Positions 1 through 13,934 of a DNA stretch of 64,000 nucleotides are shown here, one piece after another; position 1 is the first letter of the stretch; each line of letters starts with the position of its first letter. The position numbers and the translations under genes were made by a program. This DNA is from Octopus vulgaris (lineage: Eukaryota): assembly GCA_951406725.2 (NCBI GenBank), contig OX597815.1, forward strand, positions 130,510,001 to 130,574,000, given 5' to 3'. The notes under the pieces were generated by a model that made no database searches, was not told the DNA's origin, and saw nothing but the letters and a program-made list of their open reading frames with translations.

Positions 1-420
1 CAGTGTAGTTAAAAAGATTGCTTCACAACAACATGGTTTGAGGTTCAGTCCTACTGTGTGCATTTTGAGCAAGTGTCAACTCACAAGGCCAACCGACGCC
101 TTGTGAGCAGATTGATAGAAGGAAACTGAAAGAAGCTTGTCATGTGTGTGTGTGTGTTTGTGTCTCTTCGTCTTGTACAATTGTTGTAAATGAGTACCAC
201 TGTCATATAAGCAGTGTCATTCACTTCCAACATTCTGTGAGAACTTGTCTGGCCAGCGAGAAATATTATCTGTCTTGGAATCAGATGAGGGTTGGCAACA
301 GGAAGGGCATCAAGCCGTAGAAGAAAATCTGCCCCAATAAACTCTGACCAACCTATGCAAACATGGAAGAGTGGACATTAAAACAATGATGATGATGAGA
401 ATGATGATGATGATGACAAT
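1..420 (+). mobile_element. CORE-like SINE variant with RTE-derived 3' tail and (GAT)n
   Basis: Same head as the major SINE but ends GGTTGGCAACAGGAAGGGCATC...GGACATTAAA(GAT)n like the RTE LINE. Confidence 0.65.
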
Positions 421-3404
421 GATGATAATATATCTGAGTTTCTTTTATCCAATTTGTCCTTCTTTTTTTTCAAGACAAAACTCTCTTCTGCTTTGAGTGA
501 AGGCACATGACCCAGTGGATAGAATATTGGGCCCATGATCATAGTGAATGCAGTTCTAGACCAGGGGAGCAAGTATGTCCATAAACAGAGTCATATTGCT
601 CCAGTTTATGCTACTACGGATTAGTATCAGTCAAGGGCTGGTGCAGCCCCCACCATCTCCCTTATTCTATTGGTCTCTTTTTGCTGAACTACTAAGTTAT
701 GGGGACATAAAAACCCCAATACCAGTTCTGAAGTAAAGGTGGGGGACAAACATGGACAGAGACAGACAGACAGACACACACACACACACACACATGCTTG
801 CTTCCCAGTCACATGGTTCTAGAATCAGTCCCACTGCGTGGCACCTTAGGCAAGTGTCTTCTACTATAACCTTGGGCTGACCAAAGCCTTGTGAGTGGAT
901 TTGATAGATGGAAACTGAAAAGAAGTCCATCATATATATGTGTGTGTGTGTGTGTGTCTCCTGGTATTGCTTGACAACTGGTGTTGGTGTGCCTACGTAC
1001 CCATGATTTAGCAGTTCGGCAAAAAATATCAAAAGAGTAAGTACCAGGCTCAACAAAAAATAAGTCCTGGGGTTGATTCATTCAACTGAAATTTCTTCAA
1101 GGTGGTTCCCCAGCATGGCTGCAGTCAAATGACTGGAACAAGTAAAAGATAGAGATTAAAGATTTATATGTATGTATCATCATCATCATCATCATCATTT
1201 AACGTCCGTTTTCTATACTGGCATGGGTTGGACGGTTTGACTGAGGTCTAGAGAGCCAATGTTTCTACAGCTGGATGCCCTTCCTAACACCAATGCATAT
1301 ATATATATATATGATGGGTTTCTTTCAGTTTCCATCTACCAAATCCACTCACAAAGATTTGGTCATCCCAAGGGCATAATAGAAGACACTTGCCCAAGGT
1401 GCCATGCAGTGGGACTGAACTCAGAACCATGTGGTTGAGAAGCAAACTTCTTACCATACAGCTATCCCTACACATATGTTACATAAGTAACTTTAAGACT
1501 GAACCACATAAAATAACTACTCCTCACTTAGAATTGATATTTTTATTTCTTTATTGTCAACAGGGGGCTAAACATACAGGGGACAAACAAGGACAGACAA
1601 AGGGATTAAATCGGTTAGATCGACCCCAGTATGTAACTGTTACTTATTTAATCGACCCTGAAAGGATGAAAGGCAAAGACGACCTCGGTGGAATTTGAAC
1701 TCAGAATGTAATGGCAGATGAAATACTGCTAAGCATTTTGTCTGGCATGCTAGCAATTCTACCCACTGCCTTAAAGCCAACGAATATTTATTTTTTATTG
1801 CCTATAGGGTCTAAACATAAAGGGGAGAAACAAGGACAGAGAAAGGGATTAAGTTGATTGCATTGACCCCAATGCATAACTGGTACTTATTTAATCGACC
1901 CTGAAAGGATGAAAGGCAAAGTCGACCTTGGCAGAATATGAACTCAAGATGTAACAGCAAACGAAATACCGCTAAGTATTTCGCTCGGCATGCTAATGTT
2001 TCTGCCAACTTGCCGCCTTCCTTTAGAGTTGATATCGTAACAACCATTTGATCACTTGATAGGTTAGAAATAACAGATGATTTCCATCAAACGTACCTTA
2101 TTACCTAAAAAAAGAGGAGGGATATACTAGACAATGCAAAACGAGATGATGGTCATGGCTGTAACATGTTTTATCACAGATATGCTCAATCAGGACTGAC
2201 TTGGGGTTAAACAACATTTAATCATAATTATACTGTATCGGAACTGCCCTGGGTTACACAATATATTTAGCTGTAGATACACTTCATCAGGACAGACTTG
2301 GGGCTGAACAACAAAACCTTTGATCACAGGTTGACCTGGGGCTAAACAACATTACTCTTCCCACCTCGCCCACTCCATCATTTCTTATGACTAAATCTAA
2401 TTAAATGACCAAATCTGATGTAGCTGATCAGTAGATTATATTTCTCATTGACCATGACAACCCAGTCAGCTTCATCTAAAGATTTGTGAATGACAGGTGC
2501 CATATTCTATTATTTCTTTTATCCAACTCACCCCCTGCGTCCCACCACATCCTCATGGAATATAGATAAATGGATTTATAGACAACACTCCCCATTTATA
2601 TACTGATATGATAATAATCATCAAAGAGCTATGGAGCTAATACATCTGTGACAGCTCAAAAGATTATGTAAGCTGCATAGTATAACTGGCAGTCTGTCAA
2701 TTGCGACAGCGAGAGTTCCATTTGATTTAGTCAACAGAACAAACAGCCTGCTTGTGAAATTACCATGCAAGTGGCTGAGTACTCTACATATATATATACA
2801 GTTAAAGTAGTTCTTTGGGAGATTCAGTGTGACACAGAATTTGACAAGGCTGGTCCTTTGTTGAATTAAAGTTACGACTCATTTTCACCAGTTGAGTGGA
2901 CTGGATCACCGTGAAATAAAGTGTCTGATTCAAAAATACATTGTGTTCCCCCAAGAATTGAACTCATGAGCAAAATACCCAAACCACTAAGCCACATGGC
3001 TATGTACTTTGTAAACAACATTTGATAGAAGGAAACTGAAAGAAGCTTGTCATGTGTGTGTGTGTGTGTGAGTATATCTGTTTGTGTCTCCTTGTCTTGA
3101 CATTGTACAATTGTTGTAAATGAGTACCACTATCATATAAGCAGTGTCATTTATTTCCAACATTCTGAGAGAACTTGTCTGGCCAGCGAGAAATATTACC
3201 TTGTGTGTGTGCATGTGTACATGCACACACACACACCACCATAGCAGCTATGAGGTAGCTTGGAGAATGTGAGAGAGGAAGAGAGAGAGAGAGAGAGAGA
3301 GGGAGGAGGAGGAGGATAGGGAAAAAAGGGAGATACTTGGAGTGAAAGAAAAGAAGAAAGGAGGAAGGAATGAAGAGGGAGAAACAGTATACTCTCTGTC
3401 CAAA

Positions 3405-3700
3405 CTTACCCTCTGTCAGTCACATACCATATCTTGAAGGTTTTGCTTCTGAGTGTTGACAGTCGACAAAAAGTTTCAATGCCTAGCATTTGACTTGATC
3501 GAAGCCCAAGATTGTTTGTTACCTTTCCAACAACTTTAGCTACCATTTTGAATTCAACATAGCTGCCACAAGGGGACGTGCTTACAAAATCAAAAGAACA
3601 GCGCAACACCTGTGATTTCTGGACACTGCATCCTTAAAAGATCTCATGCTTCCTAAAATTCTACAACATTCCACCTGATATCTCAATGCACTCCTTCCTC
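3405..3700 (+). mobile_element. CR1/L2-group LINE 3' remnant
   Basis: Degenerate LPSVSHIPYLE...TRG(H>R)AYKI peptide typical of CR1-group ORF2 ends. Confidence 0.5.
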
Positions 3701-4651
3701 CTTAGGAATCTTCCATTCTTCACTTTTCTGTCTACTGTGTATTTTTTTTTTTAGCTTTCATTGCTGTCCTTCTTTACTAGACTTCTATGTCAGCTTTTCT
3801 GTTTCTTTTCATCACTTTTTTCTGATGACTTGAAGTACATCTCTGCAAGGTATAAGTTCATCATTTAATGTCCGCTTTCCATGTTGACATGGCTTGGATG
3901 GTTTGACAAGCCAGAAGGCTGCACCAGGTTCCGATTTGATCTGGTAAAGTTTCTACAGCTGGGTGCCTTTCCTAACGCCAACCATTCCAAAAGTGTAGTG
4001 GGTGCTTTTATGTGCCAGTCAGGCAGCACTGGCATCAGCCACACTCAAATGGTGCTTTTTATGTGCCACCTGTACAGAAGCCAATCTGGCGGTACTGGCA
4101 ACGACCACGCTTAAATGGTGTTTTTTATGTTCCACTGGCACAGGAGCCAGTCAGGTGATACTGTCAATGATTGCACTTTTTATGTGCCACCGGTACGGGA
4201 GCCAGTCAGTGGCCCTGTCAACGATCAATCAGTGGCCTTCGCAACAATTATTATTATTATCATTATTATTATGTCCATCAAGGTCAACTTTGCCTTTCAT
4301 CCTTTCGGGGTTGTTAAATTCAGTACTAATGAAACACAGGGGTCAATTAAATTGGCTAGTTCCCTCCCCACAAATTTCAGGCCTTGTGGTTTTAGTAGAA
4401 AGGATTATTATTATTATTATAAGGTGGCAAGCTGACAGAATTGTTAGTATGCTGGGAAAAATATTAACCAGTAATTTGTCCATCAAGATCTGAGTTCAAA
4501 TTCTGCTGAGGTTGACTTTGCCTTTCATCCTTTTGGGGTTGATAAAATAAATACCAGCTGAAGACTGGGGTTAATGTAATCGACTTACCAGCACATCCTA
4601 ACTTGCTGGCCTTGTGCCAAAATTTGAAACCATTATTATCATTATTATTCA

Positions 4652-5048
4652 GTAGTTTTATTTTTATCACATGCTTTCACTGCGCTACCAAGCACAGCTC
4701 TGTGTGCCTTGGGTATTTGCTGTGGAACTCTTATTTTCACTGTACTGAAAGTGCTTAACATAAGATGTGTGCAATGCCTAGTAATGCTATTTTCTGTGTT
4801 TTATACGTTCATAAGTCCTGGTGTTTTTGTTATGTATTTGTCTGAATAATTTCTTATCATACCTAATGCACCTACTATGATAGGAATTGTTCCTGTTTTT
4901 AGACTCTACATTTGAGTTACCTCTATTTTGAGGTCTTTGTATTTTAAAAGTTTCTCTGTTTCTTTTAGAGTATCATTGTCATCTGTTAGTGTTGATACAT
5001 CAAATAGAAAGCATTTTTTCTTGGTGATCTCTGACAACTATACCCGGC
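4652..5048 (-). mobile_element. R4/Dong-clade LINE 3' fragment in (TAA)n
   Basis: Degenerate VVRDHQEK...IDVS...KETEKL.KYKDL.IE...IPIIVGALG restriction-like endonuclease peptide; TTA repeats on both sides. Confidence 0.7.
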
Positions 5049-5336
5049 TTATTATTATTATTACTACTACCACTACTACTTTTTGCTGAAATGAAGTTAC
5101 AGGGATGTAAAAAAACACCCAAAAACCTATACTGGTGGCCATGAGTGGGGAGGCAAACACATGCACACACACACATACACAATAGGCTTCCACACAAATT
5201 AAGTCAGGAGGCATTGGTTGACTCAAGGGCTATAGTATTCTAGCCCCAAGTGCCATGCAATAAGACAGGACCTGAAAGCATAAGCTTGTTAAGAGAACTG
5301 CTTAACTACACAGTAAATATCAAAAGGAGAGAGAGG

Positions 5337-5387
<51 letters not shown>

Positions 5388-5459
5388 CAACAACAAAATA
5401 AATACAACAAAGACATTTATTGTTATAATTGAATACATTATCTTTGAATAAATTGGATA

Positions 5460-5630
5460 GGATATACTCTGGGTGGTATGTACACTGGGTAGGATGTACT
5501 CAGGGTGGAATGTACCCAAAGTAGAATGTACAGTGTGTGATATGAACCAAAGGTGGAATGTACCCAGGGTGAGATGTACACTGAAGGAGATATACACAGG
5601 GCTGGATGTACACAGGGTGGGATGTATATG
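5460..5630. repeat. Degenerate ~19-bp tandem repeat
   Basis: Recurrent GGGTGGAATGTACAC-like units. Confidence 0.7.
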
Positions 5631-7315
5631 TTTAAAGTAAAGTGTTTTAGTTAAGATCACAACACAACGTCTAGGAGAGAATTTGGTACCCCGTTATTTC
5701 AGACAATAGGGTACCATGCTAGGAGTGGAGAGAGTCAGTAGAATTATGTCTGGTACCTACTGACATATCATGGCATAGAGATGACACTGTTAGTTACATA
5801 GACTATGTCATGTAATCCCTATGTCACACAGACAGTGTGTTATTGTCTCATGCAGAATATTGAGTCACGACAGTATAACACTATTTATATGTTGAGACTG
5901 TGTCACATAAACATTATGTCACATAGACAGTGTTACAGAGACATTATACATGTAGCCTCATTTACCACGGATTTATTCATTACTGACCAGGAATGATACT
6001 GTACACTCAATTGCAAACCTTGTTACACCTGTCACAGACTGATCATTGATAACATAGGTCAATGATCAGCCTGTAGTGCAAAAAACATGCCCAAGTGACT
6101 ACCCACAATGTTCAGCTGCCCAGAATGCACTGACTTTTGCTTGTGTTTACAAGACTGTGCTGCAAGGCCAAGTATTTCTTATACAGATTTACATACTTGT
6201 ACCCATCAACATGGGACCAGTAAATAGAAAAAGTACAAAGGTGCCTGATCCTGGTAAATGACACAGACAGGTGTATTCTTGACAGGAATAGGTAGAGATG
6301 ATGAAAAAAAAAAATACATGCCAATGGAAGCTTCACTGATGTGGGCCACAAGTTTGGTGTCAATGGAATGACCATTTGTTCCATTTACAAAATGCACAGA
6401 AATGATTCATTTATCCCTGATTTACTTATAACAGTGTTGTTTTCAACCAAAGCCCTTAATAAACGAGGATACACATAACATGACAATGCAACAAGATATA
6501 TACAGAAACACTAAGTAACTGTGTCACAAGGAAATTGTGTTACATAGACATCATCATTATTGCTTTAACATCTACTTTCCGATGGGTTGCATGGGTGGGA
6601 CACAGTGGCACATGATCATACAACAAGATATATACTGAAACACGATGTAATTGTGTCACAACAATAAAACACCACTGATGTGCCAAAAACACTATATAAT
6701 TGTGTCACAATGATACAACACATATACTGAGATGCTATGTAACTGTGTCAAATAGACAGACATTATGTCACTAGGACACTACACCACTGAAATACAACAC
6801 TGCATATTTAGTGTCACTGTGCAGCTAAGGCACACTGTGTCACAGAAATTACGACGAACTGAACACTGAGTCATACTGATACCGAAACAATGTGCCACCG
6901 TGTCACACAGCAACTGTAGTAGTGACTCTTGTTTCCTTAGACACAGAAACACTTACATTCTGCTATTGAGTCACAAAGACACTGTCATAATTGAGACACA
7001 AAGACACTGTATCATCGTGGTGTGGGATCCATGTGCCAGTGAGTTACACAGAAAGTGTAGTACCAGCACTGCCATTGTATCAATGATTGCACCAATATGA
7101 CACTGAAAAATGTACCACTGAGTCATAAAAAATTTTGGAACTGATATTGTGCCACTTATACACTGAAACACTATATCACAGATATTGTGCCACCAAAACA
7201 CTGTGCCACTGAAGATTGAATGTTTTCCATAAATCTGACAACCAAGTTAAAGAAAAAAAAAACCCCCAAAACCCAACAAGTTTACAAAATTAATTACTGA
7301 TTTCACAATATGTTG

Positions 7316-7321
7316 TTTATT
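7316..7321 (-). terminator. Candidate HAP40 polyadenylation signal AATAAA
   Basis: AATAAA about 270 nt after the stop, followed by a GU/U-rich tract (7280-7248 on minus strand). Confidence 0.5.
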
Positions 7322-7588
7322 GTTGTTGTTATCATTATTGCTTTTGCTGCTGCTGTTTCCACTGTTGTTGTTGTTGTTTTCCCTTGTTTCTACCACTGTT
7401 ATTACTGTTGTTGTTGTTAATGCTGTGTCTGTCACCATTTGCAGACTGCAACAGGTAACCCGTGCCCCTTCCCTCCTGTCCCCCCATCCCCATCTCTCAA
7501 TCTCCACCCAACACCACAATACACAATGAACGAATTTACAGAGGAGACCAGTTGCTGAGACCACCAACAACCGGACTGACCACCACCA

Positions 7589-7723
7589 CTAAAGACTAAA
7601 ATTCAATTGATTCAATTCTTCAATGATGAGATGCAGAAGTTGATTTTGTTCTGATGACAACATCGGCCATAGTTCCACTTGCAGAGACCTCAAAGAGTCC
7701 AAATCTCGAGACTGGCACGCCAT
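7589..7723 (-). CDS. F8A1: HAP40 coding exon 12 (MACQSRDLDSLRSLQVELWPMLSSEQNQLLHLIIEELNQLNFSL*)
   Basis: TTTCTAG acceptor, TAG stop at 7591-7589, 135 nt. Confidence 0.93.
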   Translation of the reverse strand: MACQSRDLDSLRSLQVELWPMLSSEQNQLLHLIIEELNQLNFSL

Positions 7724-10429
7724 CTAGAAATAGGAAACATGATGATAGATGAAAGGAAGTGTGTTTAATTAGGTCATGAAGTCAATATATTAACAAAATT
7801 ATTAATTGTCAGTGTTTTCCCCATTATTCTCTTCAATGAATTTTAACAAGATGAGACAATTTTGACTTGGATTTGATCTGTCACCATAGATTTGTACCAT
7901 TTAGCTCAATGGTTCTCAATCAGGGTCCATATGGCCCTTAAAGGTCCACATAAGATTCCATTTAAAAAATTTATGTGTAAATTTATGTACAGGAGTAGCT
8001 GTGTGGTAAGAAGCTTGCTTCCCAACCAGATGGTTCCAGGTTCAGTCCCACAGTGTGACATCTTGGGCAAGTGTCTTCTACTATAGCCTAGGGCTGACCA
8101 AAGCCTTGTGAGTGGATTTGGTAGATAGAGACTGAAAGAAGCCTGTCGTATATATATATATATATATATATAAATATATGTATATATTTGTGTGTTTGTC
8201 CTCCCACCATTGCTTGACAACTGATGTTGGTGTGTTTATGTCCCCGTAAATTAGCAGTTTGGCAAAAGAGACTGATAGAATAAGTACAGTTATCACTCGA
8301 CTATCATGGATGTTACATTCCAAACCATCACCCCACTGCGATAGGTGAAAATCCACGAAGTAGAAACAATACTGTACTGTATATTTTATTTTATTATTTT
8401 TATAATTTGTATATAGTTATTTTATCAAAAATGCAAAACAACACCATGGAGGAATCAACGTAAGCTTAAATAATAAACCGTGATACGTGAACCACGATAT
8501 GGCAAGGGGTTACTATATCAGGCTTACAACGAATAAGTCGTGGGGTCAATTTGTTTGACCAAAGGCGGTGCACTAGCATGGCCACAGTCAAACAAGTAAA
8601 AGAATAAATTGGTTATACTTCTATACAAAATGTTTTAATAATAATTTTTGTGTAATTCCTAATAAAATTTAATTATAAAAACATAATAGGAATTTTTAAA
8701 CATTGAATGGCTCAGAGGGTCCATCAGAATAGAAGAGACATCAAAGGGGTTCCAATATGGATGGGTTAAAAAGGTTTTAATGATTAGATAACAAAAAGAT
8801 TCCAGATTGCTCTCTCTCTTAATATCTTTGTTATTGCCTAAGATATGAGAAATGGTAAACTTCCAACTTACAACAACGGACTGTAGCAGTAAAAACAGAT
8901 CTTCATCAAGGAAATTAACTGGAAATAGAAAAACACAAAAAGTGAAAAAGGATGTGAAGACAGAATGGAGAATAAAAGATGAAGTTTCAAACAATGATTC
9001 AATTTGGTTTTATCATCATCCTCATCAGCATCATCATTTAATGTCTATTTTCCATGCTGGCATGGGTTGGACAGTTTGAATGAAAACTGGTAAGCCGGTG
9101 TGGCTGCAGGTTCTGATCTGATTTGGCAAAGTTTCTATGGATGGATGCCCTTCCTTATGCCAACCACGCTGAGAGTGTAGTGGGTGTTTTATACATGCCA
9201 CTGGCATGGATGCCATTAACCTGACGCCGGCATCGACCACGACTATGGTCTCGGCTTGACAGGTCTACAAAAGCATGGTGTATCACCAATGGTCTCGGTC
9301 ACCTGTCATTGCCTCTACGAGGCTCAATGCTTGAACAGTGCTTTTTACATGCCACCAGCATGTATTATTTTACTAAACCACAGTCATGTTGAGGCATGGC
9401 CTTAAAGAGTTTTCAATCAATCATATTGACCCCAGAACCTATCCCATTAATCACTGTTTATCGAACAGCTAAGTTAACTGAGATGTAAACCGATGCAGCT
9501 TATTTTAACAATGGTATGTTTTTTTTTCAGTTTGTCTGTCATCGTCAACACCGATCAATGACATCACATGAGAGAAGGCAACAGGTCATGGTGTGCCCAG
9601 CTGTGGCCAATCAATCTGATGCATGCTCGGAAGGTTCTGCCACAGGTAGGGCACAGGTGGTCTGTTGGGACTGAAGGCAAAGAGTCAACACTGAACTTAC
9701 ATAGTTTACATTTTCTTTGTGTCCCTGCAATCCTATTCTGTTGGTGCAGCTTTACTAGGCAGGGAGGTCTTGTGCTTCCGTTTCCCAGGGGTGGGATTGA
9801 TCTCAAAGCTCTTCAGTGAGGCTTTGAGTGGGGCCTTGAAGTGTATTTTTTCTGTCCATCTTGCATAGTATATACAGACTCTCTCACACATTAAGGTGCA
9901 ATCATACCTGTGTGGTTATGATGATCTGTCTGCAACCACATGCTATCTCCACTAGCACAGCTGGGGAGGGGGGTCTTATGGGTATGCAGTAAGCAATATG
10001 TGTCTTTTGTGGGGTCCAGGGGTGCCAAAAGGAAGGACTGCCCTGAGCAGCACACACTCTAGCTATGCTAGTGGCTATCCCACTGCATAACAGCTTGAGA
10101 AAGTGTCTCCTGCTACAGCTCCAGGCTAACCAAGGCCCTATGAGTGAATGGGGTAGACAGAAACTGTACAAAAGTCCATTGTACATGTGTGTGCATGCAT
10201 GTATGTATATATACATATATGTGTGTATATATATATATATATTCGCCATGATAGATTGCTAGCCACTACACATTCTTTATTTTCTCTCCTTGTTTCTTTC
10301 TGCGTTCCTTTCTGTGGAAGAGCATAGGCTCGAAACGTTGAAGACTTTTTCACTTCCCGAGTGTTATACTAATACATCTGTTTGTTGCCTCCACCACCTG
10401 TCTTCGTCTTTTGTTTTTTTTTTAATTCT

Positions 10430-10482
<53 letters not shown>

Positions 10483-13400
10483 CACACATACCATACATAC
10501 ATATCCACGCACATTGTTATCATTGTCACTTCAACATCCACTTTTCCATGCTTGCATGGGTCAGAGAGAATTTGCTGAGGCAGAGTTTCTACAGCTGGAT
10601 GCTCTTCCTGTCACCAGAAAGAGACACCAGCTTAACAATGCCTAAGTTATTTTACTAAATTCTTCATTATTTTTCCAAATCAATTAAAACAAAATCAGCC
10701 TATTTGAACAAAATATGATAATGAAGGGTTAACAGAGAATCTCAGCAAATTGTTTGCTAGTGCTATGTTTTCAAATCAAAGTGGAATCTCTCACTTGAAA
10801 AACAAATAAGGGTTAGAGATAGTAAGAGCATCTGACTGTAAAATGCGTTACTCTAACCCATGTCAGCATGGAAAGACTGATGTAAAATGAACAAATAAAT
10901 GGAAGATACATAAATTTGATGAGGACAGATACTAACTGACATAGGAATCTTCAGTACTACCCCAAGCATATTTCTCCAACGTCTGTGCATGTTCTGGTCG
11001 GATCCTCTGAGGTGTCGGCTGAAAGAAAATGTCAAAAAAAAAAAAATGTGTAGCTCAGTGTCATATTTTCTAAAGTCTAAAACAAAAATTAAAGACAATG
11101 AAAGACATTAGAGATGACAAAAGAGGATCTATATGATTACTCAAACTATGAAAACTATCCTTCAATTCACACCCTACTGTTGTAAAAAGAAAATGAAGGA
11201 CATATTGGACAATGTGTTCTTATACACACACACACACACACTTTCCATACTGGCATGAGTTGGATGATTTGACTGAGGACTGGCGAACCAGATGGCTGCA
11301 CCAGGCTCCAATCTGATCTGGCAGAGTTTCTACAAATGGATGTCCTTCCTAACACCAATCACTCCGAGAGTGTAATGGCTGTTTTTACGTGCCACTGGCA
11401 TGAGGGCCAGTCAGGCGGTACTGGCAACGGCCATGCCCAAATAGCGTTTTTTACATGCCACCAGCACTGGCAATGACCTTGCTAGAATATTTTTCATGTG
11501 CCACCAGCACAAGTGCTAGTAAGGCGACACTGGTAACGATCACACTTAAATGGTGCTTTTTACGTGCCGCTGGCATAGGAGCCAGTTAGCTGCCCTAGCA
11601 ACGATCATGCTTAGATAGTGCTCTTAGCACTCCACTAGCACAGATGCCAGTCATGATTTTGATTTCACTTGCCTCAACAGGTCTTCGCAAGCAGAGCTTA
11701 GCATCCAATAAAGGAAAGGTACACATAAGTAGGCTGGTTACACCTCTGTCATAGGCCATGAGTTATGGTCTCACTTGGCTTGCCGGGTCTTCTCAAGTGC
11801 AGCATATTTCCAAAGGTCTCAGTCACTAGTCATTGCCTCGGTGAGGCCTAATGTTCGAAGGTCATGCTTCACCACCTCATCAACAGGTTCCCTCAACTGC
11901 TAAGGTGTGGCACTTTTTGACACAGCCATCCTCATCCAGTCTCGCCACATGACCATACCAGCACAGTCATCTCTCTTGCACACCACATCTGATGCTTCTT
12001 AGGTCCAACTTTTCTCTCAAGGTACTTACACTCTGTCAAGTATGCACACTGACATTACACATCCAGCGGAGCATATTGGCTTCATTCCTTGCAAGCTTAC
12101 GCATGTCCTCACAGTCACAGCCCATGTTTCACTGCCATGTAGCATGGCTGTTCATGCACATACGTCATACAGTCTATCTTATACTCTGAACAAGAGGCCC
12201 TTTGTCACCAGCAGAGGTAAGAACTCTCTGAACTTTGCCCAGGCTATTCTTATTCTAGCAGCTACACTTTCAGAGCACCCTCCCCGATACTGACTTGGTC
12301 GCCAAGGTAAAGGAAACTATCAACTGCTTCTAGTTTTTCTACCTGGAATGTGACAGAAGTTGTTCTCTGCACATTTTCAGTGTTTATTGCTCCTGTGCAT
12401 CTGCCACATACAAAAACTATCTTCCCAGTTAGCCTTCCTTTGATATTACTGCACCTCTTATGTGTCCATAGCTTACACTGGGTACATCTTATAGAGTTTC
12501 TGCCTATGCCTCTTCTACAGATTGAGCAGGGCCATCTGCCTGAAGGGATTTGTGGCTTGTCTGCCTTCCTACTTATTAGGACTTTGGTTTTAGCTAGGCT
12601 GACTCTAAGGCCTTTCAATTCTAATCCTTGCTTCCACACCTGAAACTTCTCCTCTAGTTCTGATAGTGACTCAACAATTAGAACAAGGTCATCAGCATAG
12701 AGGAACATCCTGTCTTGAATTCTTGTGTTATTGCCTGGAGGACTATGATAAATAGGAGGGGGCTGAGGACTGAACCTTGGCAGACCCTACCTCTACCCAG
12801 AATTCTTCACTGTACTCATTGCCAGCCCTCACCTTCCTGACAGTGTCCTTGTACATGGCTTGCACAGCTCTCACTAACCATTTATCTATCCCTAATTTCC
12901 TCACTGACCACCAGATAAGGGATCGGGGGACCCTGTCAAAGGTTTTCTCCATGGGAATGAAAGCCAAGTACAGAGGTTTATCTTTGGCTACGTATTTTTT
13001 TTTTTTTTTTTTTTACTTGTTTCAGTCATTTGACTGCGGCCATGCTGGAGCACCGCCTTTAGTCGAGCAAATCGACCCCGGGACTTAGTCTTTGTAAACC
13101 CAGTACTTATTCTATCAGTCTCTTTTTGCTGAACCGCTAAGTGACGGGGACGTAAACCCACCAGCATCGATTGTCAAGCGATGTTGGGGGACAAACACAG
13201 ACACACACATACATACATATATATATATATATATACGACAGGCTTCTTTCAGTTTCCGTCTACCAAATCCACTCACAAGGCATTGGTCGGCCCTGGGCTA
13301 TAGCAGAAGACACTTGCCCAAGATGCCACGCAGTGGGACTGAACCCGGAACCATGTGGTTGGTTAGCAAGCTACTTACCACACAGCTACTCCTGTGTATG

Positions 13401-13897
13401 TATATATGTATACACACACACACACATATATATATATATAAAAGAAAAGACAAGATGGTCATGGATGGAATGTGCGCTTGATGTAATTTGACCTGGGGCT
13501 AAACAAGATGGAAAGTAGACATGATGATGATGATGGAGATAATGAATAAGAATGACTTATGAGTTATTTCTAAATGCTTTGAGCATGGTCGTTGCCAGAA
13601 CCGCCTGACTGGCCCTCATGCTGGTGTCATGTAAAAGCACTCACTAAACTCTTGGAGTAGTTGGCGTTAGAAAGGGCATCCAGCTGTAGAAACTTTGCCA
13701 GATCAGATTGAGCCTGGTGGAGCCTTCTGGTTCACCAGTCCTGAGTCAAACCGTCCAACCCATGCCAGCATGGAAAGATGTTAAATGATGATGATGATCG
13801 ATCAACAAAACCTTTGCTATAGGCCTACCGAAACATAACTCACTAGAATTACTTAATGCTGGCAAAAATAATAACAAAACACTTATAGCACGCATGC

Positions 13898-13934
<37 letters not shown>

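Noticed and set aside
697-1698. Recurrent ORFs such as [10 protein letters not shown]... and ...QIHSQGFG...
   Set aside because: Translations of the abundant SINE seen many times in the window.
3406-3609. Possible minus-strand exon with GTAAGT donor
   Set aside because: Better explained as the antisense of a CR1-group LINE remnant; no partner exons found.
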